Origin: Octopus vulgaris | Lineage: Eukaryota | Reading direction: 5' to 3' | Assembly (NCBI GenBank): GCA_951406725.2 | Contig: OX597820.1 | Span: forward strand, 53,258,001 to 53,322,000 | Length of the DNA: 64,000 nucleotides | In this document: piece after piece, positions 1 through 13,149 of the stretch | Layout of the letters: the number at the start of each line of letters is the position of its first letter | Position numbering within the stretch: position 1 is the stretch's first letter | The notes under the pieces: model-generated | Database searches by the model: none | What the model was told of the DNA's origin: nothing | Seen by the model: only the letters and a program-made list of their open reading frames with translations | Made by a program: the position numbers and the translations under genes

Positions 1-771
1 AGATACATATATACACACGCATCATAGACTTTCGCTTAATACTATACATAGAGATTTAATCGAAAACGCCCACATCTACTTACAATTATTGACTTTGAGT
101 TTATTAATATTTACAACACACGCTGTTCTGTGTTAAAATCTTCTGTAAAAAGTGTGCAAAAGCAACCACAATCTACATACTCTTTTGTTATTTTTGAATC
201 GATCATAAGAAGGAAAAAATGTTACTGGAATAAAAGCTGCACGTTAAGAAAAATATCAAAAACATGTCAGAGTAAAAATAAAATTAAAAGTCACGGTGGG
301 AAAATAAAGTTAGAGAAAAGAAAACTGTAATAAAAGTAAAAGCATATACCATAAATAAAATGCTTTTTATATACTATCCGTAGGTGAGAATAATTATTCT
401 ACTAAAGACGAAAAACTAAAAAAAGAAACATCTGAATTAGTTTCATCGCTTATTTCGCTATGTTGTATTTAAGTTGGTTTTTCGCTTGTATTTTTTATTA
501 TCAATAAATAATGTTATATATTTAAAACATTAAATAAGTCGTGACATTTTTTCCCACATTGGTGTAACGGCATTATATATTTTGCGACATTGTGTCAAAG
601 TCATGTATTTGTCAGTTGATAAGTGACTCAAATTATTTTACTTAAATACTTTAATTAATATTTATCGGATTTAAATTCGATGTCACGTTTTATCCCTATA
701 CAATCTTCCTGGCCGAAGAAGGTGACTTTTTTGTACGCTTTTACACCCACGTGTTATATACATCATTTTAT

Positions 772-3172
772 TTCTTCTTCTTCTTCTTCTTCTTCTTCTT
801 CTTCTTCTTCTTCTTCTTCTTCTTCTTCTTCTTCTTCTTCTTCTTCTTCTTCTTCTTCTTCTTCTTCTTCTTCTTCTTCTTCTTCTTCTTCTTCTTCTTC
901 TTCTTCTTCTTCTTCTTCTTCTTCTTCTTCTTCTTCTTCTTCTTCTTCTTCTTCTTCTTCTTCTTCTTCTTCTTCTTCTTCTTCTTCTTCTTCTTCTTCT
1001 TCTTCTTCTTCTTCTTCTTCTTCTTCTTCTTCTTTCTTCTTCTTCTTCTTCTCTTCTTCTTCCTTCTTCTTCTTCCGGCTTCTTCTTCTTCTTCTTCTTC
1101 TTCTTCTTCTTCTTCTTCTTCTTCTTCTTCTTCTTCTTCTTCTTCTTCTTCTTCTTCTTCTTCTTCTTCTTCTTCCTTCTTCTTCTTCTTCTTCTTCTTT
1201 CTTCTTCTTCTTCTTCTTCTTCTTCTTCCTTCTTCTTCTCTTTCTTCTTCTTTCTTCTTCTTCCTTCTTCTTCTTCCTTCCTTCTTCCTTCTTCTTCTTC
1301 CTTCTTCTTCTTCTTCTTCTTCCTTCTTCTTCTTCTTCTTCTTCTTCTTCTTCTTCTTCTTCTTCCATATTCTTCTTCTTCTTCTTCTTCCTTCTTCTTC
1401 CTTCCTTCTTCTTCTACTGCTTCTTCTTCTTCTTCTTCTTCTTCTTCTTCTTCTTCTTCTTCTTTTCTTCTTCTTCTTCTTCTTCTTCTTCTTCTTCTTC
1501 TTCTTCCTTCTTCTTCCTTCCTTCTTCCTTCTTCTTCTTCCTTCTTCCTTCTTCTTCTTCTTCTTCTTTTCTTCTTCTTCTTCTTCTTCTTCTTCTTCTT
1601 CTTCTTCTTCTTCTTCTTCTTCTTCTTCTTCTTCTTCTTCTTCTTCTTCTTCTTCTTCTTCTTCTTCTTCTTCTTCTTCTTCTTCTTCTTCTTCTTCTTC
1701 TTCTTCTTCTTCTTCTTCTTCTTCTTCTTCCTTCTTCTTCTTCTTCTTCTTCTTCTTCTTCTTCTTCTTCTTCTTCTTCTTCTTCTTCCTTCTTCTTCTT
1801 CCTTCTTCTTCCTTCCTACTTCCTTCTTCTTCCTTCTTCTCTTCTTCTTCTTCTTCTTCTTCTTCTTCTTCTGCCTTCTTCTTCTTCCTTCTTCTTCTTC
1901 TTCTTCTTCTTCTTCTTCTTCTTCCTTCTTCTTCTTCTTCTCTTCTTATTCATTCTTCTTCTTCTTCTTCTTGTTCTTCTTCTTCTTCTTCCTTCTTCTT
2001 CCTTCTTCTTCTTCTTCTTCTTCTTCTCTCTTCTTCTTCTTCTTCTTCTTCTTCTTTCTTCTTCTTCTTCTTCCTTCTTCTTCTTCCTTCTTCTTCTTCT
2101 TCTTCTTCTTTTCTTCTTCTTCTTCTTCTTCTTCTTCTTCTTCTTCTTCTTCTTCTTCTTCTTCTTCTTCTTCTTCTTCTTCTTCTTCTTCTTCTTCTTC
2201 TTCTTCTTCTTCTTCTTCTTCTTCTTCTTCTTCTTCTTCTTCTTCTTCTTCTTCTTCTTCTTCTTCCTTCCTTCTTCCTTCTTTTTTCTTCTTCTTCTTC
2301 TTTCTTCTTGATTCTTCTTCTTCTTCTTCTTCTCTTCTTCTTCTTCTTCTTCTTCTTCTTCTTCTTCTTCTTCTTCCTTCTTCTTCTTCCTTCTTCTTCT
2401 TCCTTCTTCTTCTTCTTCTTCTTCTTCTTCTTCTTCTTCTTCTTCCTTCTTCTTTCTTTCTTCTTCTTTCTTCTTCTTCTTCCTTCTTCTTCTTCCTTCC
2501 TTCTTCCTTCTTCTTCCTTCTTCTTCTTTCTTCTTCCTTCTTTTTCTTCTTCCTCCTTCTTCTTCTTCTTCTTCTTCTTCTTCTTCTTCTTCTTCTTCCT
2601 TCTTCTTCTTCCTTCTTCTTCCTTCTTCTTCTTCTTCTTCTTCTTCTTCTTCTTCTTCTTCTTCTTCTTCTTCTTCTTCTTCTTCTTCTTCTTCTTCTTC
2701 TTCTTCTTCTTCTTCTTCTTCCTTCTTCTTCTTCTTCTTCTTCTTCTTCTTCTTCATCTTCCTTCTTCTTCTTCTTCTTCTTCTTCTTCTTCTTCTTCTT
2801 CTTCTTCTTCTTCCTTCTTCTTCCTTCTTCTTCTTCTTCCTTCTTCTTCTTCTTCTTCTTCCTTCTTCTTCTTCCTTCTTCTTTCTTCTTCTTCTTCTTT
2901 TCTTCCTTCTTCTTCTTCTTCTTCTTCTTCTTCTTCTTCTTCTTCTTCTTCTTCTTCTTCTTCTTCTTCTTCTTCTTCTTCTTCTTCTTCTTCTTCTTCT
3001 TCTTCCTTCTTTCTTCTTCTTCTTCCTTCTTCTTCTTCCTTCTTCTTCCTTCCTACTTCCTTCTTCTTCCTTCTTCATCTTTCTTCTTCTTCTTTCTTCT
3101 TCTTCCTTCTTCTGCCTTCTTCTTCTTCCTTCTTCTTTTTCTTCTTTCTTTCTTCTTCTTCCTTCTTCTACT

Positions 3173-3219
<47 letters not shown>

Positions 3220-3401
3220 TTCTTCTTCTTCCTTCTTCTTTCTTTCTTCTTCTTCTTCCTTCTTCCTCTTCCTTCTTCTTCCTTCCTACTTCCTTCTTCT
3301 TCCTTCTTCATCTTTCTTCTTCTTCTTTCTTCTTCTTCCTTCTTCTGCCTTCTTCTTCCTTCTTCTTCTTTTTCTTCTTTCTTTCTTCTTCTTCCTTCTT
3401 C

Positions 3402-3433
<32 letters not shown>

Positions 3434-5894
3434 CTTCTTCTTCTTCTTCTTCTTCTTCTTCTTCTTCTTCTTCTTCTTCTTTCTTCTTCTTCTTCTTCTT
3501 CTTCTTCTTCTTCCTTCTTCTTCTTCTTCTTCTTCTTCTTCTTCTTCTTCTTCTTCTTCTTCTTCTTCTTCTTCCTTCTTCTTCTTCTTCTTCTTCTTCT
3601 TCTTCTTCTTCTTCTTCTTCTTCTTCTTCTTCTTCCTTCTTCTTCTTCTTCTTCTTCTTCTTCTTCTTCTTCTTCTTCTTCTTCTTCTTCTTCTTCTTCT
3701 TCTTCTTCTTCTTCCTTCTTCTTCTTCTTCTTCTTCTTCTTCTTCTTCTTCTTCTTCTTCTTCTTGTTTTCTTCTTCTTCTTCTTCTTCTTCTTCTTCTT
3801 CTTCTTCTTCTTCTTCTTTCTTCTTCTTCTTCCATCTTCTTCTTCCTTATTCTTCTTCCTTCTTCTTCTTCTTCTTCTTCTTCTTCTTCTTCTTCTTCTT
3901 TCTTCTTCTTCTTCTTCTTCTTCTTCTTCTTCTTCTTCTTCTTCTTCTTCTTCTTCCTTCTTCTTCTTCCTTCTTCTTCTTCTTCTTCTTCTTCTTCTTC
4001 TTCTTCTTCTTCTTCTTCTTCTTCTTCTTCTTCTTCTTCTTCTTCTTCTTCTTCTTCTTCTTCTTCTTCTTCTTCTTCTTCTTCTTCTTCTTCTTCTTCT
4101 TCTTCTTCTTCTTCTTCTTCTTCTTCTTCTTCTTCTTCTTCTTCTTCTTCTTCTTCTTCTTCTTCTTCTTCTTCTTCTTCTTCTTCTTCTTCTTCTTCTT
4201 CTTCTTCTTCCTTCTTCTTCTTCTTCTTCTTCTTCTTCTTCTTCTTCTTCTTCTTCTTCTTCTTCTTCTTCTTCTTCTTCTTCCTTCCTTCTTCTTCTTC
4301 TTCTTCTTCTTCTTCTTCTTCTTCTTCTTCTTCTTCTTCTTCTTCTTCTTCTTCTTCTTCTTCTTCTTCTTCTTCCTTCTTCTTCTTCCTTCTTCTTCTT
4401 CTTCTTCTTCCTTCTTCTTCTTCTTCTCTCTTCTTCTTCCTTCTTCTTCTTCTTCTTCTTCTTCTTCTTCTTCTTCTTCTTCTTCTTCTTCCTTCTTCCT
4501 TCTTCTTCTTCTTCTTCTTCTTCTTCTTCTTCTTCTTCTTCTTCTTCTTCTTCTTCTTCTTCTTCTTCTTCTTCTTCTTCTTCTTCTTCTTCTTCTTCTT
4601 CTTCTTCTTCTTCTTCCTTCTTCTTCTTCTTCTTCTTCTTCTTCTTCTTCTTCTTCTTCTTCTTCTTCTTCTTTCTTCCTTCTTCTTCTTCTTCTTCTTC
4701 TTCTTCTTCTTCTTCTTCTTCTTCTTCTTCTTCTTCTTCTTCTTCTTCTTCTTCCTTCTTCTTCTTCTTCTTCTTCTTCTTCCTTCTTCTTCCTTCTTCT
4801 TCTTCTTCTTCTTCTTCTTCTTCTTCTTCTTCTTCTTCTTCTTCTTCTTCTTCTTCTTCTTCTTCTTCTTCTTCCTTCTTCTTCTTCTTCTTCTTCTTCT
4901 TCTTCTTCTTCTTCTTCTTCCTTCTTCTTCTTCTTCCTTCTTCTTCTTCTTCTTCTTCCTTCTTCTTCTTCTTCTTCTTCTTCTTCTTCTTCTTCTTCTT
5001 CTTCTTCTTCTTCTTCTTCTTCTTCTTCTTCTTCTTCTTCTTCTTCTTCTTCTTCCTTATTCTTCTTCCTTCTTCTTCTTCTTCTTCTTCTTCCTTCTTC
5101 TTACTTCTGCTTCTTCCTTCTTCTTCTTCTTCTTCTTCTTCTTCTTCCTACTTCTTCCTTCCTACTTCCTTCTTCTTCTTCCTTCTTTATCTTTCTTCTT
5201 CTTCTTCTTCTTCTTCTTCCTTCTTCTTCTTCTTCTTCTTCTTCCTTCTTCTTCTTCTTCTTCTTCTTCTTCTTCTTCTTCTTCTTCTTCTTCTTCTTCT
5301 TCCTTCTTCTTCTTCTTCTTCCTCTTCCTTCTTCTTCTTCTTCTTCTTCTTCTTCTTCTTCTTCTTCTTCTTCTTCTTCTTCTTCCTTCTTCTTCTTCTT
5401 CTTCTTCTTCTTCTTCTTCTTCTTCTTCTTCTTCTTCTTCTTCTTCTTCTTCTTCTTTTCTTCTTCTTCTTCCTTCTTCTTCTTCTTCTTCTTCTTCTTC
5501 TTCTTCTTCTTCTTCTTCTTCTTCTTTTCTTCTTCTTCTTCTTCTTCTTCTTCTTCTTCTTCTTCTTCTTCTTCTTCTTCTTCTTCTTCTTCTTCTTCTT
5601 CTTCCTTCTTCCTTCTTCTTCTTCTTCTTCTTCTCTTCTTCTTCTTCTTCCTTCTTCTTCTTCTTCTTCTTCTTCTTCTTCTTCTTCTTCTTCCTTCTTC
5701 TTCTTCTTCTTCTTCTTCTTCTTCTTCTTCTTCTTCTTCTTCTTCTTCTTCTTCTTCTTCCTTCTTCTACTTTGTTCTTCTTCTTCTTTCTTCTTCCTTC
5801 TTCTTCCTTCTTCTTCTTCTTCTTCTTCTTCTTCTTCTTCTTCTTCTTCTTCTTCCTTCTTCTTCTTCCTTCCTTCTTCCTTCTTCTTCCTTCT

Positions 5895-5941
<47 letters not shown>

Positions 5942-6199
5942 TTCTTCTTCTTCTTCTTCTTCTTCTTCTTCTTCCTTCTTCTTCTTCCTTCTTCTTCTTC
6001 CTTCTTCTTCTTCTTCTTCTTCTTCTTCTTCTTCTTCTTCTTCTTCTTCTTCTTCTTCTTCTTCTTCTTCTTCTTCTTCTTCTTCTTCTTCTTCTTCTTC
6101 TTCTTCTTCTTCTTCTTCTTCTTCTTCTTCTTCTTCCTTCTTCTTCTTCTTCTTCTTCTTCTTCTTCTTCTTCTTCTTCTTCTTCTTCCTCCTTCTTCT

Positions 6200-6232
<33 letters not shown>

Positions 6233-6326
6233 CTTCTTCTTCTTCCTTCTTCTTCTTCCTTCTTCTTCTTCTTCTTCTTCTTCTTCTTCTTCTTCTTCTT
6301 CTTCTTCTTCTTCTTCTTCTTCTTCT

Positions 6327-6361
<35 letters not shown>

Positions 6362-8375
6362 TTCTTCTTCCTTCTTCTTCTTCTTCTTCTTCTTCTTCTT
6401 CTTCTTCTTCTTCTTCCTTCTTCTTCCTTCTTCTTCTTCTTCTTCTTCTTCTTCTTCTTCTTCTTCTTCTTCCTTCTTCCTTCTTCTTCTTCTTCTTCTT
6501 CTTCTTCTTCTTCTTCTTCTTCCTTCTTCTTCTTCTTCTTCTTCTTCTTCTTCTTCTTCTTCTTCTTCTTCTTCTTCTTCTTCTTCTTCTTCTTCTTCTT
6601 CTTCTTCCTTCTTCTTCTTCCTTCTTCTTCTTCTTCTTCTTCTTCCTTCTTCTTCTTCTTCTTTCTTCTTCTTCCTTCTTCTGCCTTCTTCTTCTTCCTT
6701 CTTCTTCTTCTTCTTCTTCTTTCTTCTTCTTCCTTCTTCTTCTTCTTCTTCTTCTTCTTCTTCTTCTTCTTCTTCTTCTTCTTCTTCTTCTTCTTCTTCT
6801 TCTTTCTTCTTCTTCTTCTTCTTCTTCCTTCTTCTTCTTCTTTCTTCTTCTTCTTTCTTCTTCTTCCTTCTTCTTCTTCTTCTTCTTCTTCTTCTTCTTC
6901 TTCTTTTTCTTCTTCTTCCTTCTTCTTCTTCTTCTTCTTCTTCTTCTTCTTCTTCTTCTTCTTCTTCTTCTTCTTCTTCTTCTTCTTCTTCTTCTTCTTC
7001 TTCTTCTTCTTCTTCTTCTTCTTCTTCTTCTTCTTCTTCTTCTTCTTCTTCTTCTTCTTCTTCTTCTCTTCTTCTTCTTCTTCTTCTTCTTCTTCTTCTT
7101 CTTCTTCTTCTTCTTCTTCTTCTTCTTCTTCTTCTTCTTCTTCCTTCTTCTTCTTCCTTCTTCTTCTTCTTCTTCTTCTTCTTCTTCTTCTTCTTCTTCT
7201 TCTTCTTGTTTCTTTCTTCTTCTTCTTCCTTCTTCTTCCTTCTTCTTCTTCTTCTTCTTCGTCCTTCTTCTTCTTCCTTCTTCTTCTTCCTTCTTCTTCT
7301 TCCTTCATCTTCTTCTTCCTCCTTCTTCTTCTTCCTTCTTCTTTATTTCTTCTTCTTTCTTCTTCTTCTTCCTTCTTCTTCTTCCTTCCTTCTTCCGTCT
7401 TCTTCTTCCTTCTCCTTCTTTCTTCTTCCTTCTTCTTCTTACTTCCTCCTCTTCTTCTTCTTCTTCTTCTTCTTCTTCTTCTTCTTCTTCTTCTTCTTCT
7501 TCTTCTTCTTCTTCCTTCTTCTTCTTCTTCTTCTTCTTCTTCTTCTTCTTCCTTCTTCTTCTTCTTCTTCTTCTTCTTCTTCTTCTTCTTCTTCTTCTTC
7601 TTCTTCTTCTTCTTCTTCTTCTTCTTCTTCTTCTTCTTCTTCTTCTTCTTCTTCTTCTTCTTCTTCTTCTTCTTCTTCTTCTTCTTCTTCTTCTTCTTCT
7701 TCTTCTTCTTCTTCTTCTTCTTCTTCTTCTTCTTCTTCTTCTTCTCTTCTTCTTCTTCTTCTTCTTCCTTCTTCTTCTTCTTCTTCTTCTTCTTCTTCTT
7801 CTTCTTCCTTCTTCTTCTTCTTCTTCTTCTTCTTCTTCTTCTTCTTCTTCTTCTTCTTCTTCTTCTTCTTCTTCTTCTTCTTCTTCTTCTTCTTCCTTCT
7901 TCTTCCTTCCTTCTTCTTCTTCTTCTTCTTCTTCTTCTTCTTCTTCTTCTTCCTTCTTTCTTCTTCCTTCTTCTTCTTCCTTCTTCTTCTTCTTCTTCTT
8001 CTTCTTCTTCCTTCTTCTTCCTTCCTTCTTCCTTCTTCTTCTTCTTCTTCTTCTTCTTCTTTCTTCTCCTTCTTCTTTCTTCTTCTTCTTCTTCTTCTTC
8101 TTCTTCTTCTTCCTTCTTCTTCTTCTTCTTCTTCCTTCTTCTTCTTCCTTCTTCTTCTTCCTTCTTCTTCTTCTTCTTCTTCTTACTTCTTCTTCTTCCT
8201 TCCTTCTTTCTTCTTCTTCTTCTTTCTTCTTCTTCTTCCTACTTCTTCCTTCCTACTTCCTTCTTCTTCTTCCTTCTTCTTCTTCTTCTTCTTCTTCTTC
8301 TTCTTCTTCCTTCTTCTTCTCTTCTTCTTCTTCTTCTTCTTCTTCTTCTTCTTCTTCTTCTTCTTCTTCTTCTTC

Positions 8376-8419
<44 letters not shown>

Positions 8420-9378
8420 TTCTTCTTCTTCTTCTTCCTTCTTCTTCTTCTTCTTCCTTCTCTTCTTCTTTTCTTCTTCTTCTTCTTCTTCTTCTTCTTC
8501 TTCCTTCTTCTTCCTTCTTCTTCCTTCTCTTCTTCTTCTTCTTCTTCTTTCTCTTCTTCTTCTTCTTCTTCTTCTTCTTCTTCTTCTCCTTCTTCTTCTT
8601 CTTCTTCTTCTTCCACTTCTTCTTCTTTTTCTTCTTCTTCTTCTTCTTTTTCTTCTTCTTCTTCCTTCTTCTTCTTCCTTCTTCTTCTTCTTCTTCTTCT
8701 TCTTCTTCTTCCTTCTTCTTCTTCTTCTTCTTCTTCTTTCTTCTTCTTCCTTCTTCTTCCTTCTTCTTCTTCTTCTTCTTCTTCTTCTTCTTCTTCTTTC
8801 TTCTTCTTTCTTTCTTCTTCTTCTTCCTTCTTCTTCTTCCTTCTTCTTCTTCTTCTTCTTCTTCTTCTTCTTCTTCTTCTTCTTCTTCTTCTTCTTCTTC
8901 TTCCTTCTTCTTCTTCTTCTTCTTCTTCTTCTTCCTTATTCTTTCTCTCTTCTTCTTCTTTCTTCTCCTTCTTCCTTCTTCTTCTTCCTTCCTTCTTCCT
9001 TCTTCTTCCTTCTTCTTCTTCTTTCTTCTTCTTCCTTCTTCTTCCTTCTTCCTTCTTCTTCTTTCTTCTTCTTCTTTCTTCTTCTTCTTCTTCTTCTTCT
9101 TCTTCTTCTTCTTCTTCTTCTTCCTTCTTCTTCTTCTTCCTTCTTCTTCTTGCTTCTTCTTCTTCTTCTTCTTCTTCGTCCTTCTTCTTCTTCCTTCTTC
9201 TTTCTTTCTTCTTCTTCTTTCTTTCTTCTTCTTCTTTCTTTCTTCTTCTTTGTTCTTCCTCTTCTTCTTCTTCCCTCTTTCTTCTTCTTCCTTCCTCTTC
9301 TTCTTCTTCCTTCTTCTTCTTTCTTCTTCTTCCTTCTTCTTCTTACTCTTCTTCTTCTTCTCCTACTTCTTCTTCTTC

Positions 9379-9380
<2 letters not shown>
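772..9380. repeat. Giant interrupted (TTC)n/(GAA)n trinucleotide array, ~8.6 kb
   Basis: Continuous TTC units, with pure runs such as 772-1032 and 3971-4210. Interrupted by single-base phase shifts (TTCC, TTTC) and rare A/G variants. Explains all the poly-F/S/L and poly-E/K/R ORFs in the track. Confidence 0.99.
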
Positions 9381-9436
<56 letters not shown>

Positions 9437-9863
9437 CATTATTATTATTATTATTATCATTCTTTCTTCTTCTTCTTTCTTCTTCTTCCTTCTTCTTCTT
9501 CTGCTTCTCCTTCTCCCTTCTTCTTCCCCTTCTTCTTCTTCCCCTTCTCCTTCTTCGCCTTCTTCTTCGTTTTCTTCAATTTCCTTTTCTTTCCTTTCTT
9601 TTCCTTCTTCTTCCTTCCCTTCCTTTGCTTCTTCTTCTCTTTCTTCTCCCTCCTCCTCGTCATCATCATCACCTTGGTTTGCACATCTGGTCTCTAAAAA
9701 AAGTCACCCTACTGTCCTATAATAAGGGCGTGATGTTCATAGCTGGAAAGCTTCTGATGATAAGGTGGACTCGATCAGCTTTCTTGACCTGAGGCGAGAT
9801 AACAACGACGATGACAACAAAAACAGTAGCAGCAGTAGTTGTAGCGATGACCACAGCAGCAAC

Positions 9864-9934
<71 letters not shown>

Positions 9935-9945
9935 TAGAAGTAGTT

Positions 9946-9990
<45 letters not shown>

Positions 9991-9991
9991 A

Positions 9992-10024
<33 letters not shown>

Positions 10025-10246
10025 GGTTGAAGGAGGGGAGGAGATGGAGGTGAAGAAGACGAAGAAGTAAAAGAAAGGGGAAAAGAAGAAGAATGAGAAG
10101 GTAAAATAAAGAAAAGGAAGAAGCCAAAAAGGAAAAAGGAGGAGGAGAAGGAGGAGAAGAAAAAGAAAAAGAAAAGAATGCAAAAAAAAGAAGAGAAAGT
10201 AGAAGAAAAGAGGCAGAAGAGATAGAAGAACTACTACTAGTATTAT

Positions 10247-10305
<59 letters not shown>

Positions 10306-10430
10306 ATAGAGCGGCAGTACCAGCAGCAACAACACCTATTACAACAGAAGAAGACGAAGAAGAAGAAGAACAACAACAACAACAAGATGATGATGATGAT
10401 GATGATGATGATGAAACAGCAGCAGCAGCA
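9379..10430. repeat. Compound trinucleotide block: (TTA)n, degenerate TTC, (TCA)n, short unique spacer, (AGT)n, GA-rich purine tract, (ACT)n, AAG/AAC/GAT/CAG runs
   Basis: Read directly: TTA 9379-9460, AGT 9864-10022, purine tract ~10030-10230, ACT 10230-10305. Confidence 0.95.
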
Positions 10431-10449
10431 TTTCAAAGTTATATAGACG

Positions 10450-10680
10450 TAAATATAAAAAAAAGTTAGTTTGTTCTCATTAGGATGCAATGGAGATCCA
10501 ATCATTAAATTAGTTTGATTCATGATTTACAAATCATAGTTCAACCTAGAGTCCTACTACGAACTGTCCTAAGGTTTCTAAAACGTCTCTCAAAGTGAAT
10601 CACGGTTTCTTTGAAGTTAAAATATATTGTACGTGCTGCAGGATGTTTCTAGTTGTGTATGACCTCAGTCTTGTGCGGCC
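10450..10680 (+). mobile_element. Possible highly decayed 3' end of an RLE-type non-LTR retrotransposon
   Basis: Translation IVQPRVLLRTVLRFLKRLSK* loosely resembles the R4/Dong C-terminal 'LQKxVLLGTAxILRKxL' motif. Weak, by eye. Confidence 0.3.
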
Positions 10681-11149
10681 TTTGTTGCTGCTGCTCATCT
10701 TTCTTGTTGTTGTAGTGATTGAGGTTGTTGTTGTTGTTTTTGTTCCGCCCGAGGCAATTCAGTTCTAATTTGGTAGACCACTGATCAAAGAGTAACAGTC
10801 ATGAACCATCCCTCATTGTTTACAGACAATATATTTTGGGCTATTATCCAAATTGTGTTGTTGCTATATATTTTTTTTTTTATTAATTTTAAGATGATAG
10901 AAATGAAGTTTCAAAGGAATATAGTTGTGATTTCTAGCAAGCCGTTTGACCACGTGGGTAATCTTAAATTTGTCACGTCTTCCCTGTTGTTCCCTGGGTA
11001 TGCTGACCTTATGTTTATGTATGTACGTGTGCGTGTATGTGTACCAGCTTGTGTGCGTGCGGACGTGTTTGTGAGTGTTTAGAATATTCATATATTACAT
11101 TATCAAATACATATATACACTCACGAAAACACCCAACGCACACAAGCAG

Positions 11150-11294
11150 GCACACATATATACATATATATGCACATGCATACATGTACACATCTGTGCA
11201 TGTATATATAGACATAGATAGATACAAATAAATATTTACATATATATATACACACATATATATATATATATACATATAAGTGTGTATACTCATA

Positions 11295-11379
<85 letters not shown>

Positions 11380-11400
11380 TTCTTGTCACATTTTGCATTT

Positions 11401-11470
<70 letters not shown>

Positions 11471-11497
11471 TATATACATATATACATATATATATAA
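11150..11497. repeat. (TA)n/(CA)n microsatellite cluster
   Basis: Direct reading. Confidence 0.95.
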
Positions 11498-12191
11498 TTG
11501 GTGCATGTTTTTATGTGCAAGTGATACTTTTACAATAAATGTACTTCATTCACCTTCCAATTTGTTATATTGTAAGCAACGTGTTTTATCATCTATTTTT
11601 ATTTTGGGTCGTTTTTAACTTTACCCCAAGAAATTAGTAATACTATTTCGAGTTGAGACGTTACATCTAACAGATCTTAATCACTGTAATGACTCAGTAG
11701 CTTCTAGAATCTATATTATCTTGGCTGATATCAGTTTCCATGATTCCATCCTAGAAAGTGGCTTTGACTCACCTGTTTGTAACTAAATGTCTATCACAAT
11801 ATTATTGATGGCGCGGTAAAGATTCTACCAGCTCGCTGCCTCTCTTTGCCTATATTGTAATTAAAGAAAGATGGTTGTGGAAGAATCAGCTGAGTGCCAC
11901 GCTAAACGCATTGGGACATTTAGCATCGTACAGTTTGAACTCAACAGTAAGGTAGATTCAAAGGATTAGTAACGGTACAGCTCACATACCTCTTCTCGTT
12001 TATTTGCGTATTTAGTTTTCGGGTTTCAAATCCCACTGTTTTATGTTGCTTTTTTTTTTCCAACCGACCTTGTCTTTCATCGTTCCGCGTTTCGTAATAT
12101 GAATAAAGAACCGGTCAAGTACTCGAGTCAATTTAATCGACTACACATATAGCCTACATTTGAAGCATTATGTAATATTAGGGTTGCAAAA

Positions 12192-12710
12192 AGGCGACGA
12201 GACGGAGGTATCGTTTGCAGGCCGGGCGAAATGCTTTGCGACATTTCGTCCGCCTTCACGTTCTGAGTTCAAATTCCGACGAAGTCGACTTTACTTTTCA
12301 TCCTTTCGAGATCGATAAAATAAGTACCAGTTCAGGTCGACGTAACCGCCATATCCCCTCCCCTGAACTTTCTGGCCTTGTGCCATAATTTGAAACCAAT
12401 ATTTTATAAACATCAAAGCGGGGAGCTGGCAGAATCGTTAGCACCATCTTTACGTTCTGAGTTCGAATTCCGCCGATGTGGACTTTTTCTTGAGGTGCCG
12501 AGTTGGCAGAATCGTTAGTACGCCGGACAAAGTGCCTAGTAGCATTTCTTCTGACTTTACGTTCTGAGTTCAAATGCTGCCGGGGGTCGATTTGTCTGTC
12601 ATCCCTTTGGGATCGATAAAATAAATATCCTTTGAGCACAGGGTTTGCTGTAATCAACTGAACCCCACCTCCGAAATTACTAGCCTTGGACCGAAATTTG
12701 AAACCAGTGT
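12192..12710 (+). mobile_element. Cluster of three SINE family A copies (tRNA-derived head, Meta/MESC-like core)
   Basis: Repeated GGCGGCGAGCTGGCAGAATCGTTAG-like head, GAGTTCAAATTCC B-box and GTCGACTTTGCCTTTCATCCTTTCGGGGTCGATAAA-TAAGTACCAG-like core at ~12192, 12417 (truncated) and 12493. Confidence 0.9.
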
Positions 12711-13149
12711 TAGGATTAAAAGAAGTAAGTATATTCAGAGAATAGGCGCTTCTCAGACAAAAGTCGCTGTAAAAGTTATCACAAAAATAATCGAACATTA
12801 AGAAAACACGTTCCTTTTCATCTCACCTTTCTCGGAAGTCTAGAATATGTAAAAGGTCTCGGGTTCTGCTTCTTCGTTTGACTAGCTAGTAGAAAAAAAA
12901 AGCTATTATTTATGGCATTTCATTGGAGTGCGACATTTTTTTTTCCTGTCAAAATTGTCTTTCTTCAGTGATCTGTTTTTTCTACAATTATATCCATTCA
13001 CAACTTTTATCGAATTAGAAAATATTTGATCTAGTTCTACATGCTCTCCATAATTTGAATTTTGTATAGTATGCTTCTTGTACGCTGTTAAACTATAGCG
13101 TTCTTTCATGCACTTTAGGACTATTTGCACATCATTAATTTTTTTCTAA

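Noticed and set aside
721-9708. 12-bp inverted match GGTGACTTTTTT / AAAAAAGTCACC flanking the TTC array, preceded by CCGAAGAA
   Set aside because: Half the match is a homopolymer, there is no TSD, and no GAAA follows to complete a hammerhead. Compatible with chance.
680-9792. Very long ORFs (up to 3013 aa) of poly-F/S/L and poly-E/K/R
   Set aside because: TTC/GAA repeats have no stop codons in any frame, so these are translations of the microsatellite.
11773-11850. Minus-strand AG...CAG|GTGAGT exon-like segment
   Set aside because: All three frames contain stops and it includes a SINE head fragment.
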